Assembly (NCBI GenBank): GCA_036149055.1
Contig: JAYZQJ010000268.1
Coordinates: 1 to 64,000 of the forward strand
Length of the DNA stretch: 64,000 bases
Reading direction: 5' to 3'
DNA from: Myxococcota bacterium
Lineage (GTDB): Bacteria; Myxococcota_A; Polyangia; Polyangiales; Sandaracinaceae
Notes under the pieces: model-generated
Told to the model about the DNA's origin: nothing
The model's database searches: none
What the model saw: the letters and a program-made list of their open reading frames with translations, nothing else
Shown here: in pieces, positions 41,854-51,469 of the stretch
Layout: every line of letters begins with the position of its first letter
Position numbering within the stretch: the stretch's first letter is position 1
Position numbers and translations under genes: made by a program

Positions 41854-42843
41854 ATGTCGGACACGACTCCGGTGCTCGACCTCGACCTCTACGAACGCAT
41901 CCGCCTCCGTTCGAAGCCGCCGGTGCAGCGGCTGATCGCCGACTGGTACCTGCGCTTCGACTACCGAAAGCTCGACCTCCGGGTCGAGGGGCTCGAGCGC
42001 ATCCCGCCGCGTCCGGTGGTCTACGCGATGAACCACACGGACAACTTCAACTACTGGCCCTTCCAGTACTACCTGCACCGCGAGCGCGAGCGCTACACCG
42101 CGACCTGGGTGAAGGGGAAGAACTGGGAGGACGTGGCGACCGCGACGTTCATGCGGCTCACCAACAACATCCCGATCGCCTCCCGCGGCTACCTGATCAC
42201 CCGCGACTTCATCGACGTGATGGGTCGGCGCCCCGAGCCGGAGGAATACCGGGCGCTGCGCAACGCGGTGGACGAGGACCGCCCGGTCGTCGGCCCGGTC
42301 CCCGACGCGGTCCTGGAGCGGCCCCGCGCCATGATGGGCCGGCCCTTCGATCCGAGCCGCGAGCGCTGGCCGAGCGCGCTCCGGGCGCTGCTCGCCGAGA
42401 TGAACCGGCGCTTCGTGCGGCTCAACGAGCAGGCCCACTGGATGGGCCTCGACATCCTCGTCTTCCCGCAGGGCACCCGCTCGGTGCGGCTCTCGCGCGG
42501 CCACATCGGGCTGGCGGAGCTGGTGCTGCACCTCGGCGCGACCCTGGTGCCGGTCGGCTGCAGCGGCTGCGACCTCGTCTACCCGGGGCGCTCGATGCGC
42601 TCGAAGCCGGGCACCGTGACCTACCGGATCGGCGAGCCCATGTACCCGGACGACTTCGCGGACGTCGCCCCGCGGGAGCCCTTCGAGCCCTTCACCCCCG
42701 AGGCGGAGAACCGCCATCGGGAGGCCTTCCAGGAGGTCGTCGATCGGGTGATGGAGCGGATCGACGGGCTCGTCGACGAGCGGCACCGCTACACCGCCGA
42801 CCTCGAGAGCGACGGCACCACCGGGACCGACCGCTTCGTGTAA
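41854..42843 (+). CDS. PlsC-like lysophospholipid acyltransferase family protein (variant motifs)
   Basis: VEGLERIP, AMNHTDNFN, LVFPQGTRS, LVPVG, YRIGEP. Confidence 0.8.
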   Translation: MSDTTPVLDLDLYERIRLRSKPPVQRLIADWYLRFDYRKLDLRVEGLERIPPRPVVYAMNHTDNFNYWPFQYYLHRERERYTATWVKGKNWEDVATATFMRLTNNIPIASRGYLITRDFIDVMGRRPEPEEYRALRNAVDEDRPVVGPVPDAVLERPRAMMGRPFDPSRERWPSALRALLAEMNRRFVRLNEQAHWMGLDILVFPQGTRSVRLSRGHIGLAELVLHLGATLVPVGCSGCDLVYPGRSMRSKPGTVTYRIGEPMYPDDFADVAPREPFEPFTPEAENRHREAFQEVVDRVMERIDGLVDERHRYTADLESDGTTGTDRFV

Positions 42844-42935
42844 GGCCTATCGATGACCCAGGGCCGGGACGTTCACAGACCTACGAAGAAGACGTAGACC
42901 TCTGGGTCGGGGAGGCGCCACGGAGAGGCGCGAAC

Positions 42936-43313
42936 ATGGAACGACCCACCGCCGAAGCGATCCTGGCCGAGATGGCGCTGAGCTCCATCGAGGACCACCC
43001 CCTCGAGCACGCGTGCCTGCGCGTGCGGGCCGAAGACGTGATGCGCATCCTCCAGCGCTGGCAGCAGTCCGGCTGGTGGGAGACCGACGGGCTCGGCTTC
43101 CTCACCCTCGGTCAGCCGACCACCCGAGGTCTGCCGCACCTCCGGGCGCTGGTCGCCGGCCAGCCGGTAGCCGAGGAGCCCGCGGGCGAGATCGTGATCG
43201 ACGTCGAGGACGACGATCCGCGGGAGGCGCGGCGGAGCGAGAGCGGGACCCGCCTGCGCGCGGTCCGCGAGGACGCCCTCGAGCTCGAGCTGGACGACTT
43301 CGAGGTCGGCTGA
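42936..43313 (+). CDS. hypothetical protein
   Basis: GGAGAGG RBS, ATG, GC3-rich frame, acidic C-terminus. Confidence 0.65.
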   Translation: MERPTAEAILAEMALSSIEDHPLEHACLRVRAEDVMRILQRWQQSGWWETDGLGFLTLGQPTTRGLPHLRALVAGQPVAEEPAGEIVIDVEDDDPREARRSESGTRLRAVREDALELELDDFEVG

Positions 43314-43320
43314 GCTTCTT

Positions 43321-43478
43321 GGAGGGTTTGGTGCAAACCCTCCCCCCATTGGGCAAAGCGCCAATGGGGCCCCCCTCCCGACTCCGTCGGGGTCTCGCGC
43401 GCGTCGCGCGCTGGCCCCGCGACCCCAGCGGCGGGGCGCTGGGGGCCCTGCGGCTCGCGCTCGCGCTGCGCGCTCGCT
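43321..43478. repeat. multi-hairpin REP-like intergenic element
   Basis: Consecutive stems GGAGGGTTTG/CAAACCCTCC, CCCCATTGG/CCAATGGGG, CCCGAC/GTCGGG, CCCCAGCG/CGCTGGGG. Confidence 0.6.
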
Positions 43479-43806
43479 GGCCGCCCGCTGCCGCGGGATC
43501 GGACGACTCGAGTGGCGCGTGCGCCGACCTCTCTGCGCTCGTCGTCTGCCGTCGTCTCGGGTCAGTGTCGTGGAAGCGGGCGCGGGTGCGGCGCCATTGT
43601 TTGCCACCTCTTGACCTCTCGGGGGCCGACGCGGCCGAAGAAGATCGGCGTCACCACGTAGCCGGGGCTCCGGGTCCCCGCCCAGCCGTCGTGGGTGCCG
43701 CGGCCCTCGGCGTCGGTGAGGAGCACGAGGGGGCGACGCGACGCACCTCGCGTCGACAGCGGAGCGGCCCGGATGTTCCGCCGCGACGCTGCTATGGTCC
43801 GCCGCG

Positions 43807-44508
43807 ATGAGCGAAGAGGATCCCCTCCGCGGCCTCCAGGAGCGGCTCGGACACGTGTTCGAGCGGCGCGAGCACCTCGAGGACGCGGTCACCCACCGGT
43901 CGTTCGTGAACGAGCGCCCCCACATCGCGCGCACCGACAACGAGCGCATGGAGTTCCTCGGGGACGCCATCCTCGACCTGGCCGCGTCCTGCCTGCTCTG
44001 GGAGCGCTTCCCGGAGGCGCGGGAGGGGGAGCTGTCGCGGCGCCGCGCGGACCTCGTGTGCGAGCGCTCGCTGGCCGACATCGCCGGCGAGCTGGAGCTC
44101 GGGGCCTGCCTCCGGCTGGGCAAGGGCGAGGAGAAGAGCGGCGGGCGGGACAAGCCCCGGCTGCTCGCGAGCGCGCTCGAGGCGGCGGTGGCCGCCATCT
44201 ACCTCGACGCGGGCGAGCAGGAGGCGATCACCATCGCGCGCGGCCTGCTCGCGCCCCGGGTCGACGCGATCGAGCCGGGGGAGCGGGACTACAAGAGCCG
44301 CCTCCAGGAGGTGCTGCAGCGCGGGGGCAACCCGCCGCCCACCTACGCCCTGCTCGAGACCGAGGGGCCCGACCACGAGCGCGTCTTCCGGGTGGCGGTG
44401 CTGCTCGAGGAGCGGGAGCTCGCGCGGGGCGAGGGCCGGTCGAAGGCGCGGGCCGAGCAGCTCGCCGCGAAGGGCGCGCTCGCCGACCTCGAGGCCGAAG
44501 AGGGCTGA
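43807..44508 (+). CDS. rnc: ribonuclease III
   Basis: NERMEFLGDAIL signature; dsRBD DYKSRLQE..GPDHERVF..GRSK. Confidence 0.96.
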   Translation: MSEEDPLRGLQERLGHVFERREHLEDAVTHRSFVNERPHIARTDNERMEFLGDAILDLAASCLLWERFPEAREGELSRRRADLVCERSLADIAGELELGACLRLGKGEEKSGGRDKPRLLASALEAAVAAIYLDAGEQEAITIARGLLAPRVDAIEPGERDYKSRLQEVLQRGGNPPPTYALLETEGPDHERVFRVAVLLEERELARGEGRSKARAEQLAAKGALADLEAEEG

Positions 44509-44574
44509 CCCGAATTCGGGCGGGAAACGTCGCCGGTCCCCTGCTATATGCCTCGGCCGGGAAGCAGGAGAGCG

Positions 44575-46347
44575 ATGCAGGACAAGGAGCTACTGACCCT
44601 GCCCCAGGCCCTCGAGCGGGCTGCGGGGCGCACCGGCTACGGCTTCACCTTCGTGAAGGACGACCTGAGCGAAGAGGAGCACCCGTGGTCCTCGCTGCTC
44701 GAGGAGGCGAAGGCCCTCGCGGTCGCGCTGGCCGACCAGGGGATGAAGAAGGGCGACCACGTCGCGCTCATCCTCCCGGAGGCGGGCGACTTCGTGCCGC
44801 TCTTCCTCGCGGTGGTCCAGGGCGGCGGCGTGCCCGTCCCGCTCTACCCGCCGATGGGCATGGGCCAGCTCGGGGGCTACCTCGATCACTGCAAGCACAT
44901 CGTCAGCGCGTCGCGCGCGAAGCTGCTGGTGACCAACCGCCAGATCAAGGCGGTCATCGGCAAGGTGCACGACTCGGCGCCCGAGCTGCAGAAGATCCTG
45001 CTCCGCACCGACCTCGTCGGCGACGCGAGCCTCTGGAAGGATCCCGGGCTCACCCTCGACGACACCTGCTTCCTGCAGTTCACCAGCGGCTCGACCAACA
45101 AGCCCAAGGGCGTGGTCGTCACCCACGGCAACCTCGCGCACAACGCCTGGGCGATCATGCGGGAGGGCCTCGACTCGAACGACGAGGACCGCGGCGTCAG
45201 CTGGCTGCCGCTCTTCCACGACATGGGCCTGATCGGCTTCGTCATCGCGCCGATCCATCACCGCGTGCCGGTGAGCTTCATGTCGCCGATGACCTTCCTG
45301 AAGCGGCCGGCGAGCTGGCTCGAGATCCTGAGCAAGCACCGCGGGACGATCACCTACGGGCCGAACTTCAGCTACGCGATCACCGCCAAGCGGGTGCGCG
45401 ACCGCGACCTCGAGGGCATCGACCTGAGCGCGGTGCGGGTGGCCGGCTGCGGCGCCGAGCCCATCCAGGCCGAGACGCTCCGCGCCTTCGCCGATCGCTT
45501 CGGCAAGGTCGGCTTCCGCGAGGGCGCGTTCGTGCCGAGCTACGGCATGGCCGAGTACACCTTGGCCATCGCGTTCTCGACCGGCGTGCCGACCGATCGC
45601 GTCGACGCCGAGAAGCTCTGGAGCGCGGGCGAGGCGGTGCCGGCGAGCGATGACGCGCCCAGCAGCGAGGTCGTCGAGATCGTGCACTGCGGCAAGGCCT
45701 TCGACGGGCACGGCATCCGCATCGTCGACGTCGAGAGCCGCGAGGTGCTCCCGGACCGCAAGGTCGGCGAGATCGAGGTCAGCGGGCCCAGCGTGATGCA
45801 GGGCTACTACGACCGCCCCGAGGCGACGCGCATCACCGTCGGCCGCGACGGCTGGATGCGCACCGGCGACCTCGGCTACCTGTCGGACGGCAACGTCTAC
45901 ATCTGCGGCCGCGCCAAGGACGTCATCATCGTCAACGGCAAGAACTACTACCCGCAGGATCTCGAGTGGGCCGGCTCCGAGGTGCAGGGGGTGCGCGCGG
46001 GCAACGTCGTCGCCTTCCCGACCTACCGCGAGGGCCTCGGCCGCGAGGCGGTCGTCGTGCTGGCGGAGAGCAAGCTCGCCGAGGGCCGGGACGAGCTCGC
46101 CCGGAACGTGAAGGCCGAGATCGCCAAGCAGACCGGGCTGACCGTCGACGAGGTCATCGTCGTCGACGCCGGCACCATCCCCAAGACCTCGAGCGGCAAG
46201 CTGCAGCGTCGCAAGGCGCGCACCCAGTTCGAGGAGGGCAAGCTCCAGAAGCGCGAGGACGAGAGCGCGCTCAAGGTCGCCGGGCGGCTGGTGGAGAGCC
46301 AGCTCGCCCACCTCAAGCTCGGCATCTTCGGGAAGAACAAGAAGTAG
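44575..46347 (+). CDS. fatty acyl-AMP ligase (FAAL)
   Basis: LQFTSGST..PKGV, SWLPLFHDMGLIG, SYGMAE + insertion, TGDLG, NYYPQDLE, IPKTSSGKLQR. Confidence 0.9.
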   Translation: MQDKELLTLPQALERAAGRTGYGFTFVKDDLSEEEHPWSSLLEEAKALAVALADQGMKKGDHVALILPEAGDFVPLFLAVVQGGGVPVPLYPPMGMGQLGGYLDHCKHIVSASRAKLLVTNRQIKAVIGKVHDSAPELQKILLRTDLVGDASLWKDPGLTLDDTCFLQFTSGSTNKPKGVVVTHGNLAHNAWAIMREGLDSNDEDRGVSWLPLFHDMGLIGFVIAPIHHRVPVSFMSPMTFLKRPASWLEILSKHRGTITYGPNFSYAITAKRVRDRDLEGIDLSAVRVAGCGAEPIQAETLRAFADRFGKVGFREGAFVPSYGMAEYTLAIAFSTGVPTDRVDAEKLWSAGEAVPASDDAPSSEVVEIVHCGKAFDGHGIRIVDVESREVLPDRKVGEIEVSGPSVMQGYYDRPEATRITVGRDGWMRTGDLGYLSDGNVYICGRAKDVIIVNGKNYYPQDLEWAGSEVQGVRAGNVVAFPTYREGLGREAVVVLAESKLAEGRDELARNVKAEIAKQTGLTVDEVIVVDAGTIPKTSSGKLQRRKARTQFEEGKLQKREDESALKVAGRLVESQLAHLKLGIFGKNKK

Positions 46348-46353
46348 CCCGCC

Positions 46354-47682
46354 ATGCGCGCGCGGGGGTGGGTCACGGCGGCGCTTCTGGGGAGCCTGGC
46401 GCTCCCCGGCGTGGCCCACGCCGGCAACGGGGACGGCATCCTCGTCGGCAACGAGGCGGCGATGACCGGCGGCGCGGTCAGCGCGGTGGTCCGGGACGGG
46501 AGCGGCACCTGGTACAACCCCGCCGGCCTCGCGTCGATCGACCGGGGCGCGGTCGACGTGAACGGCAGCGCGCTGATGGTGCGGGCCGCCGAGGAGGGCG
46601 GGCTGATCTCGTCGACGACCGGCGAGGCGAACGACGGCGGTTACCTCGAGCTGCTGTCGATCCCGAGCGCGGCCACCATCGCGCGGCTCCTCGAGCCCGG
46701 CGTCGCGATCGCGTTCGGCATCTTCGCCCCGCGCTTCGGCAGCCACACGACCCGCACCGGCCTCGACGCCGACAGCGGCCCCAACCGGGCGCGCTGGACG
46801 CTCAGCAGCTCCGAGTTCCGCGCCACCTATCACGCGGGCGGGGCGCTCGGGCTGCGCATCTCCGATCAGCTCCGCTTCGGGGTGAGCCTGTTCGGCGTCT
46901 ACCGCGAGAGCTCGAGCAGCTTCCAGAGCTCGGGCGCGTTCGAGCTCGGCGACGGGCGCACCCGGGTCCGCTCGCAGGGCGGCATCGTCCAGGTCCGGAG
47001 CTTCGGGGTCGAGCTGGGGCTCGGCGTGCAGTGGGAGCCGCACCCCGGCGTCATCATCGGCCTCACCGGCCGGAGCCCGGGCCTCGAGCTGATCACCCAG
47101 ATCCGCGCCACCGAGACCGCGCTCGACCTGACGGTGAGCGACGGCGCGCCCGACATGCTCGACTTCCGCCCCGAGGACGCCGAGACGCTCGACCCGGCGT
47201 TCACCGTGCTGACCACCGGGCGCTTCAACCTCTCCTTCGCCCACCGCTTCGACCGCGGCTGGGTCGCGGCGGAGCTCGACGTGCAGCTGCCGCGCGAGCT
47301 CGAGCCCCTGCCGCGGCGGCGGTTCGTCTGGAACGTGCGCGCCGGCGGACGCTACGAGGTCGACGAGCGCCTCGGCATCGGCGCGGGCTTCTTCACCGAT
47401 CTCTCGGAGGGCGAGCCGATCGAGGGGCTGGGCCAGACCCAGGTCGACTTCGTGGGCTGGACGGCGGGCTTCGAGTACCGCACCCCGCACACGCTGGGCG
47501 AGGAGGAGGACGCCTCGACGCTGGTGTTCAGCACCACCGCCGCCCTCCGCTACGCCATCGGCTGGGGCCAGGTCGGCGGGCTCCGCTTCGACCCCAACAA
47601 CGGCACCGCGCGCGAGACGTTCCCGGTCGGGACCACCATTCACGAGCTCGGCCTGCACATCGGCTCGGCGCTGTACTTCTAA
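46354..47682 (+). CDS. FadL/OmpP1-like outer-membrane beta-barrel
   Basis: Signal peptide AHA; AMTGGA..A...D...WYNPAGL hatch motif; C-terminal ALYF. Confidence 0.75.
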   Translation: MRARGWVTAALLGSLALPGVAHAGNGDGILVGNEAAMTGGAVSAVVRDGSGTWYNPAGLASIDRGAVDVNGSALMVRAAEEGGLISSTTGEANDGGYLELLSIPSAATIARLLEPGVAIAFGIFAPRFGSHTTRTGLDADSGPNRARWTLSSSEFRATYHAGGALGLRISDQLRFGVSLFGVYRESSSSFQSSGAFELGDGRTRVRSQGGIVQVRSFGVELGLGVQWEPHPGVIIGLTGRSPGLELITQIRATETALDLTVSDGAPDMLDFRPEDAETLDPAFTVLTTGRFNLSFAHRFDRGWVAAELDVQLPRELEPLPRRRFVWNVRAGGRYEVDERLGIGAGFFTDLSEGEPIEGLGQTQVDFVGWTAGFEYRTPHTLGEEEDASTLVFSTTAALRYAIGWGQVGGLRFDPNNGTARETFPVGTTIHELGLHIGSALYF

Positions 47683-47714
47683 AGCCCGGGCCACGATCGG
47701 CCGATGAGGGGGTC

Positions 47715-48248
47715 GTGAAGAAGATCCTCGTCGGTGCGCTCGTGGGGCTCGCGGCCGGGCTCCCGGGCGGGTGGTTCGGCAACGTCCACTTCGCGCAGGG
47801 GCTCGGGCTGGACGGCGACGAGATCGAGGCCCGGGTGCTCGAGGAGCGCCGCGAGGACGAGCGGCTCGTGCTGATGCTCCAGGCGGAGGACGAGACGATC
47901 CTCGCGACGTTCAGCGAGCGGCCGGACGACGTGGCCCAGCTGGTCGACCCGGGCGACTCGGTCACGATCTTCGTGCGGGCGGACAGCCCGTTCGCGGACG
48001 ACGTGCCGATCCTCTCGGTGCGGAGGGGAGAGGGGCGCGGCTCGAGCGAGGGCTCGGCGGAGGCGGAGGCCGAGACCGAAGCCACGACCGAAGCCGAGGC
48101 CGAGACCGAAGCCGAAGCCGAAGCCGAGGCCGAGACCGAGACCGAAGCCGAGACCGAGGCCGAGTCCGAGGCCGAGTCCGAGGCCGAGTCCGGAGGCGAG
48201 GCGGAGGGCGGGGACGCGGCGCCGCTCTTGACCCGCGGGCGGACTTGA
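47715..48248 (+). CDS. membrane-anchored hypothetical protein with Glu/Ala-rich tail
   Basis: GTG after GAGGGG; N-terminal TM; in-frame GCCGAR hexamer repeats (~48057-48207). Confidence 0.65.
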   Translation: MKKILVGALVGLAAGLPGGWFGNVHFAQGLGLDGDEIEARVLEERREDERLVLMLQAEDETILATFSERPDDVAQLVDPGDSVTIFVRADSPFADDVPILSVRRGEGRGSSEGSAEAEAETEATTEAEAETEAEAEAEAETETEAETEAESEAESEAESGGEAEGGDAAPLLTRGRT

Positions 48249-49507
48249 CCCAATCCACGCGGGTGACGCTGGAGCACACGCGAGACCTCGACACCCGCCT
48301 CCTCGACGTGGCGCGCGAGGTGAGAGTGCTCAGCTCGCTGAGCTGGCCCGAGGGGACCGTCCGGAAGTTCCTCATCTCGTGGCGGCGCGGGCAGCCGACG
48401 CTGCCGGAGGTCACCCCGACCCCGCGCGACCTCGGCCCGATCCGGGCGGAGCTGGAGGCGATCGTCGCCGCGGCGGATCCGGCGGATCCGATGCAGGTCT
48501 TCGTCGCGCGGACCGCCGACAGCTACGCGACCGCGGCCCGGATGCTGGGCGCCGTCGGCACGCCGGAGATGACCGAGTGCTCGCGGCTGCTGTACGGGGC
48601 GCCCGACGACCTGATGCCCGGGAGCGAGCTGTCGCACCGGCGCGCGGCGGAGCTCCTGCTCCAGAACACCGAGAACCTGGTCGCGGCCGGGGTCATCCCG
48701 GAGTCCGAGCGGACCTGCCCGGCGGAGGAGGCGGCCGCCCGGATGCGCGACGCCTTCGACTCGTTCTTCGGGCCCGACGCGCCGTCGGTGGAGATCGATC
48801 CCGACCTCGCCTCCAAGGCCGCGGCCGGATCCCGCCGGGTGCGCATCCGCGGCACCACCACCTTCAGCGAGCTCGACGTGGCGCAGCTCATCGAGCACGA
48901 GGGCTTCGTGCACACCGCGACCGCGCTGAACGGGCGGGCCCAGCCAAACCTCGCGTGCATGGCGCTCAGCGCGCCGCGGACCACCGCGACCCAGGAGGGG
49001 ATCGCGACCCTCGCCGAGCTGACGACCCGGGCCATCGACATCGCGCGCCTCCGCCGGCTGGCGCTCCGCACCGTGGCCATCCACATGGCCCTGGAGGGCG
49101 CCGACTACCTCGAGGTGTTCCGCTTCTTCCTCGAAGAGGGCCAGTCCGAGGCCGAGAGCGCGCGCTCCGCGATGCGGGTGTTCCGCGGCGGCGACGTGCG
49201 CGGGCGGGTCGTCTTCACCAAGGACGTCGTCTACCTCTGCGGCCTCATCGCCGTGCACACTTTCTTGCGCAAGGCCATCGCCGAGAGCCGCCCTCACCTC
49301 GTGCGCCGCCTCTTCGCCGGCCGCCTCGCCCTCCCCGACGTCTTCCTGCTCGACGGCGCCTTCGCCCGCGGCGACGTCGCCGAGCCCCGCTACGTCCCGC
49401 ACTGGGCCACCGACCTGCACCGGCTCGCCGCCTACCTCGCCTTCAGCGCGATCGTGAACCGGGTGGATCTCGGCACGGTCGAGCTCGAGCGCCTCCTCGC
49501 CGAGTAG
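48245..49507 (+). CDS. QEGLA-motif / DUF1704 (MATCAP-like) metallocarboxypeptidase
   Basis: HEGFVH (HExxxH), TQEGIA, RVFRGG, FTKD.VY; start uncertain (TTG 48245 or GTG 48263). Confidence 0.85.
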   Translation: MTQSTRVTLEHTRDLDTRLLDVAREVRVLSSLSWPEGTVRKFLISWRRGQPTLPEVTPTPRDLGPIRAELEAIVAAADPADPMQVFVARTADSYATAARMLGAVGTPEMTECSRLLYGAPDDLMPGSELSHRRAAELLLQNTENLVAAGVIPESERTCPAEEAAARMRDAFDSFFGPDAPSVEIDPDLASKAAAGSRRVRIRGTTTFSELDVAQLIEHEGFVHTATALNGRAQPNLACMALSAPRTTATQEGIATLAELTTRAIDIARLRRLALRTVAIHMALEGADYLEVFRFFLEEGQSEAESARSAMRVFRGGDVRGRVVFTKDVVYLCGLIAVHTFLRKAIAESRPHLVRRLFAGRLALPDVFLLDGAFARGDVAEPRYVPHWATDLHRLAAYLAFSAIVNRVDLGTVELERLLAE

Positions 49508-49559
49508 ATCGTCACTGGCGGTCCGAGAGCTCGGGGCCAATGATCCGGTCTCTCGCCGC

Positions 49560-50741
49560 ATGAGCACCGCCCGCCCGAAGGACCGCCTGATCACGGTCCC
49601 GTTCGTCCTCGCCTTCGTCGTCAACCTCCTCCAGGGGCTGGCGCTCCACGGCTACCTGCACCTGCCGGGCTTCCTCGCCGACCTGGGCGCCGCCGAGGCC
49701 ACCATCGGCTTCGTCTTCGGCATCATGAGCGGGGCGGCCATCTTCATCCGGCCCTTCGCCGGGCGGATCATGGACGCCTGGGGTCGCCGTCCGGTGTTCC
49801 TCGCCGGCGGGGTGGCGCACCTCGCGGCCTGCGCGCTCTACCTCACCGTGCACGACGTCGGCCCCTGGCTGGTGGCGGTGCGCGTGCTGCAGGGCTTCGC
49901 CGAGGGCGCGATCTTCAGCGCCCTGTTCACCTACGCCGCCGACATCGTGCCCGCCTCCCGCCGCACCGAGGGCATGGGGCTCTTCGGCGTGTCCGGCATG
50001 CTCCCGATCTCGCTCGGCGGCCTGATGGGCGACGCGGTCCTGGCTCGGGCCGGCTACCGCGAGCTCTTCCTGGTGAGCGTCGCCATCGCCACCGTGGCCC
50101 TGCTCGCGTCGCTCCCCCTCGCCGAGCCCGAGCGCCCGCGCGGCGGTCCCCGGGGCGAGGGCTTCTTCGCCGCGCTGCGCCAGCGAGACCTGGTCTCGAT
50201 CTGGTTCGTGGGCTCGGCGTTCGCGACCGCGCTCGCCGCCGCGTTCGTGTTCCTCAAGCGCTTCGTCGAGGAGGAGCAGATCGGGTCGGTGGGCCTCTTC
50301 TTCTCCACCTACGCGGCGGCGGCGATCCTGCTGCGCGTGTTCTTCGGCTGGCTGCCCGACCGCGTGGGACCGAAGCGGGTCTTCTTCCCGTCGATGCTCG
50401 GCATCGCGTTCGCGATGGCGGCGATGGGCCTGGCGCGCTCCGATCTCCACATCGCGATCGCCGGGGTGCTCGCGGGGATCGGCCACGGCTACGCGTTCCC
50501 GATCCTCAGCGCGATGGTGGTCGACCGCGCCAACCCGGCGGACCGCGGCTCGGCGGTCTCGCTCTTCACCGCCATCTTCGACGCCGGCATCTTCGCGGGC
50601 GGCCCCGCGCTCGGCGTGATCGCGGAGTCGGCGGGGTTCCGGGCGATGTACTTCGTGGCCGCCGCGCTCCCCCTCGCGGGGGCCGTGGTGTTCTGGCTCT
50701 GGGACGCGCGCGTCGAGCCCACCGCGTCGGCCGCGGAGTGA
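49560..50741 (+). CDS. MFS transporter
   Basis: About 12 TM segments; motif A GRIMDAWGRR and GWLPDRVGPK. Confidence 0.92.
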   Translation: MSTARPKDRLITVPFVLAFVVNLLQGLALHGYLHLPGFLADLGAAEATIGFVFGIMSGAAIFIRPFAGRIMDAWGRRPVFLAGGVAHLAACALYLTVHDVGPWLVAVRVLQGFAEGAIFSALFTYAADIVPASRRTEGMGLFGVSGMLPISLGGLMGDAVLARAGYRELFLVSVAIATVALLASLPLAEPERPRGGPRGEGFFAALRQRDLVSIWFVGSAFATALAAAFVFLKRFVEEEQIGSVGLFFSTYAAAAILLRVFFGWLPDRVGPKRVFFPSMLGIAFAMAAMGLARSDLHIAIAGVLAGIGHGYAFPILSAMVVDRANPADRGSAVSLFTAIFDAGIFAGGPALGVIAESAGFRAMYFVAAALPLAGAVVFWLWDARVEPTASAAE

Positions 50742-50744
50742 CGG

Positions 50745-50963
50745 CTATCCGAGCAGCAGCCGGGACTTCGCGAAGCGCGCGGTGACCCCGATCAGGCCGG
50801 GGCGCTGGGCGATGTGCTCGAGCACGTCGAGCGCGGCGCGCTGGTCGAGCCCGTCGGGGTCTCGATCCAGGTCCTCGAGCGCGGCGTCGACGGTCGAGCG
50901 CGCGGCGCCTTCGCCGACGGTGCTCGAGAGGAGCGCGACCAGCCGGTCGCGGAGCGCGCTCAT
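50745..50963 (-). CDS. small helical hypothetical protein
   Basis: ATGA-coupled to the response regulator; PGLIGVTARFAK tail. Confidence 0.7.
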   Translation of the reverse strand: MSALRDRLVALLSSTVGEGAARSTVDAALEDLDRDPDGLDQRAALDVLEHIAQRPGLIGVTARFAKSRLLLG

Positions 50964-51418
50964 CGCCCGTTCCCGTTCCCTTCGTGCGAGGGCGTGTCGC
51001 GGCGGACCCGGAAGCCCGAGCGGCGGATCTGGTGCATCTGCGCGCCGCGCTCCGCGAGCGCGAAGGCGATCGCGTCGATCAGCTCGCCGATCGGGCGGGT
51101 CTTGCGCACGGCGAAGGAGACCGCGCGCTGCTCCGCGAGCGGGAGCCGATCGCTCCCCGACCAGACGCCGATGGCGGCCTCGGGGTCGATCTGACGGATC
51201 CGCTCGATCAGCTCGAAGCCGTCCATGCCCGGCATCTCGAGGTCCGCCACGATCAGGTCGTAGCGCTCGCCGATCCGCAGCCGGGACACGGCGTCGAAGC
51301 CCCCATCCGCGACGACCACCTCCACCGCGAGCCGGCGCCGGAGCACCCGGCTCCCGGTGCGGCGCATCAGCGGGTCGTCGTCGACCAACAGCACTCGAAT
51401 GGGCTCGTCTCGCGTCAC
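50960..51418 (-). CDS. single-domain response regulator with short C-terminal tail
   Basis: LLVDDD, DLEMPGMDG, WSG, K; GGAGG RBS before GTG. Confidence 0.88.
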   Translation of the reverse strand: MTRDEPIRVLLVDDDPLMRRTGSRVLRRRLAVEVVVADGGFDAVSRLRIGERYDLIVADLEMPGMDGFELIERIRQIDPEAAIGVWSGSDRLPLAEQRAVSFAVRKTRPIGELIDAIAFALAERGAQMHQIRRSGFRVRRDTPSHEGNGNGR

Positions 51419-51469
51419 TTCGTGTCCTCCGTGGAGGCCGCCGCACCAGGCGCCCTCGACGCAGTCCTT

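Noticed and set aside
43560..43750. Coding-like minus-strand stretch (PLVLLTDAEGRGTHDGWAG...)
   Set aside because: No start codon or RBS and no recognisable family; it may be a remnant but cannot be supported.
48057..48207. GCCGAG/GCCGAA tandem repeats as a possible CRISPR or VNTR element
   Set aside because: In-frame hexamers encoding an acidic linker; no repeat-spacer structure and no cas genes.
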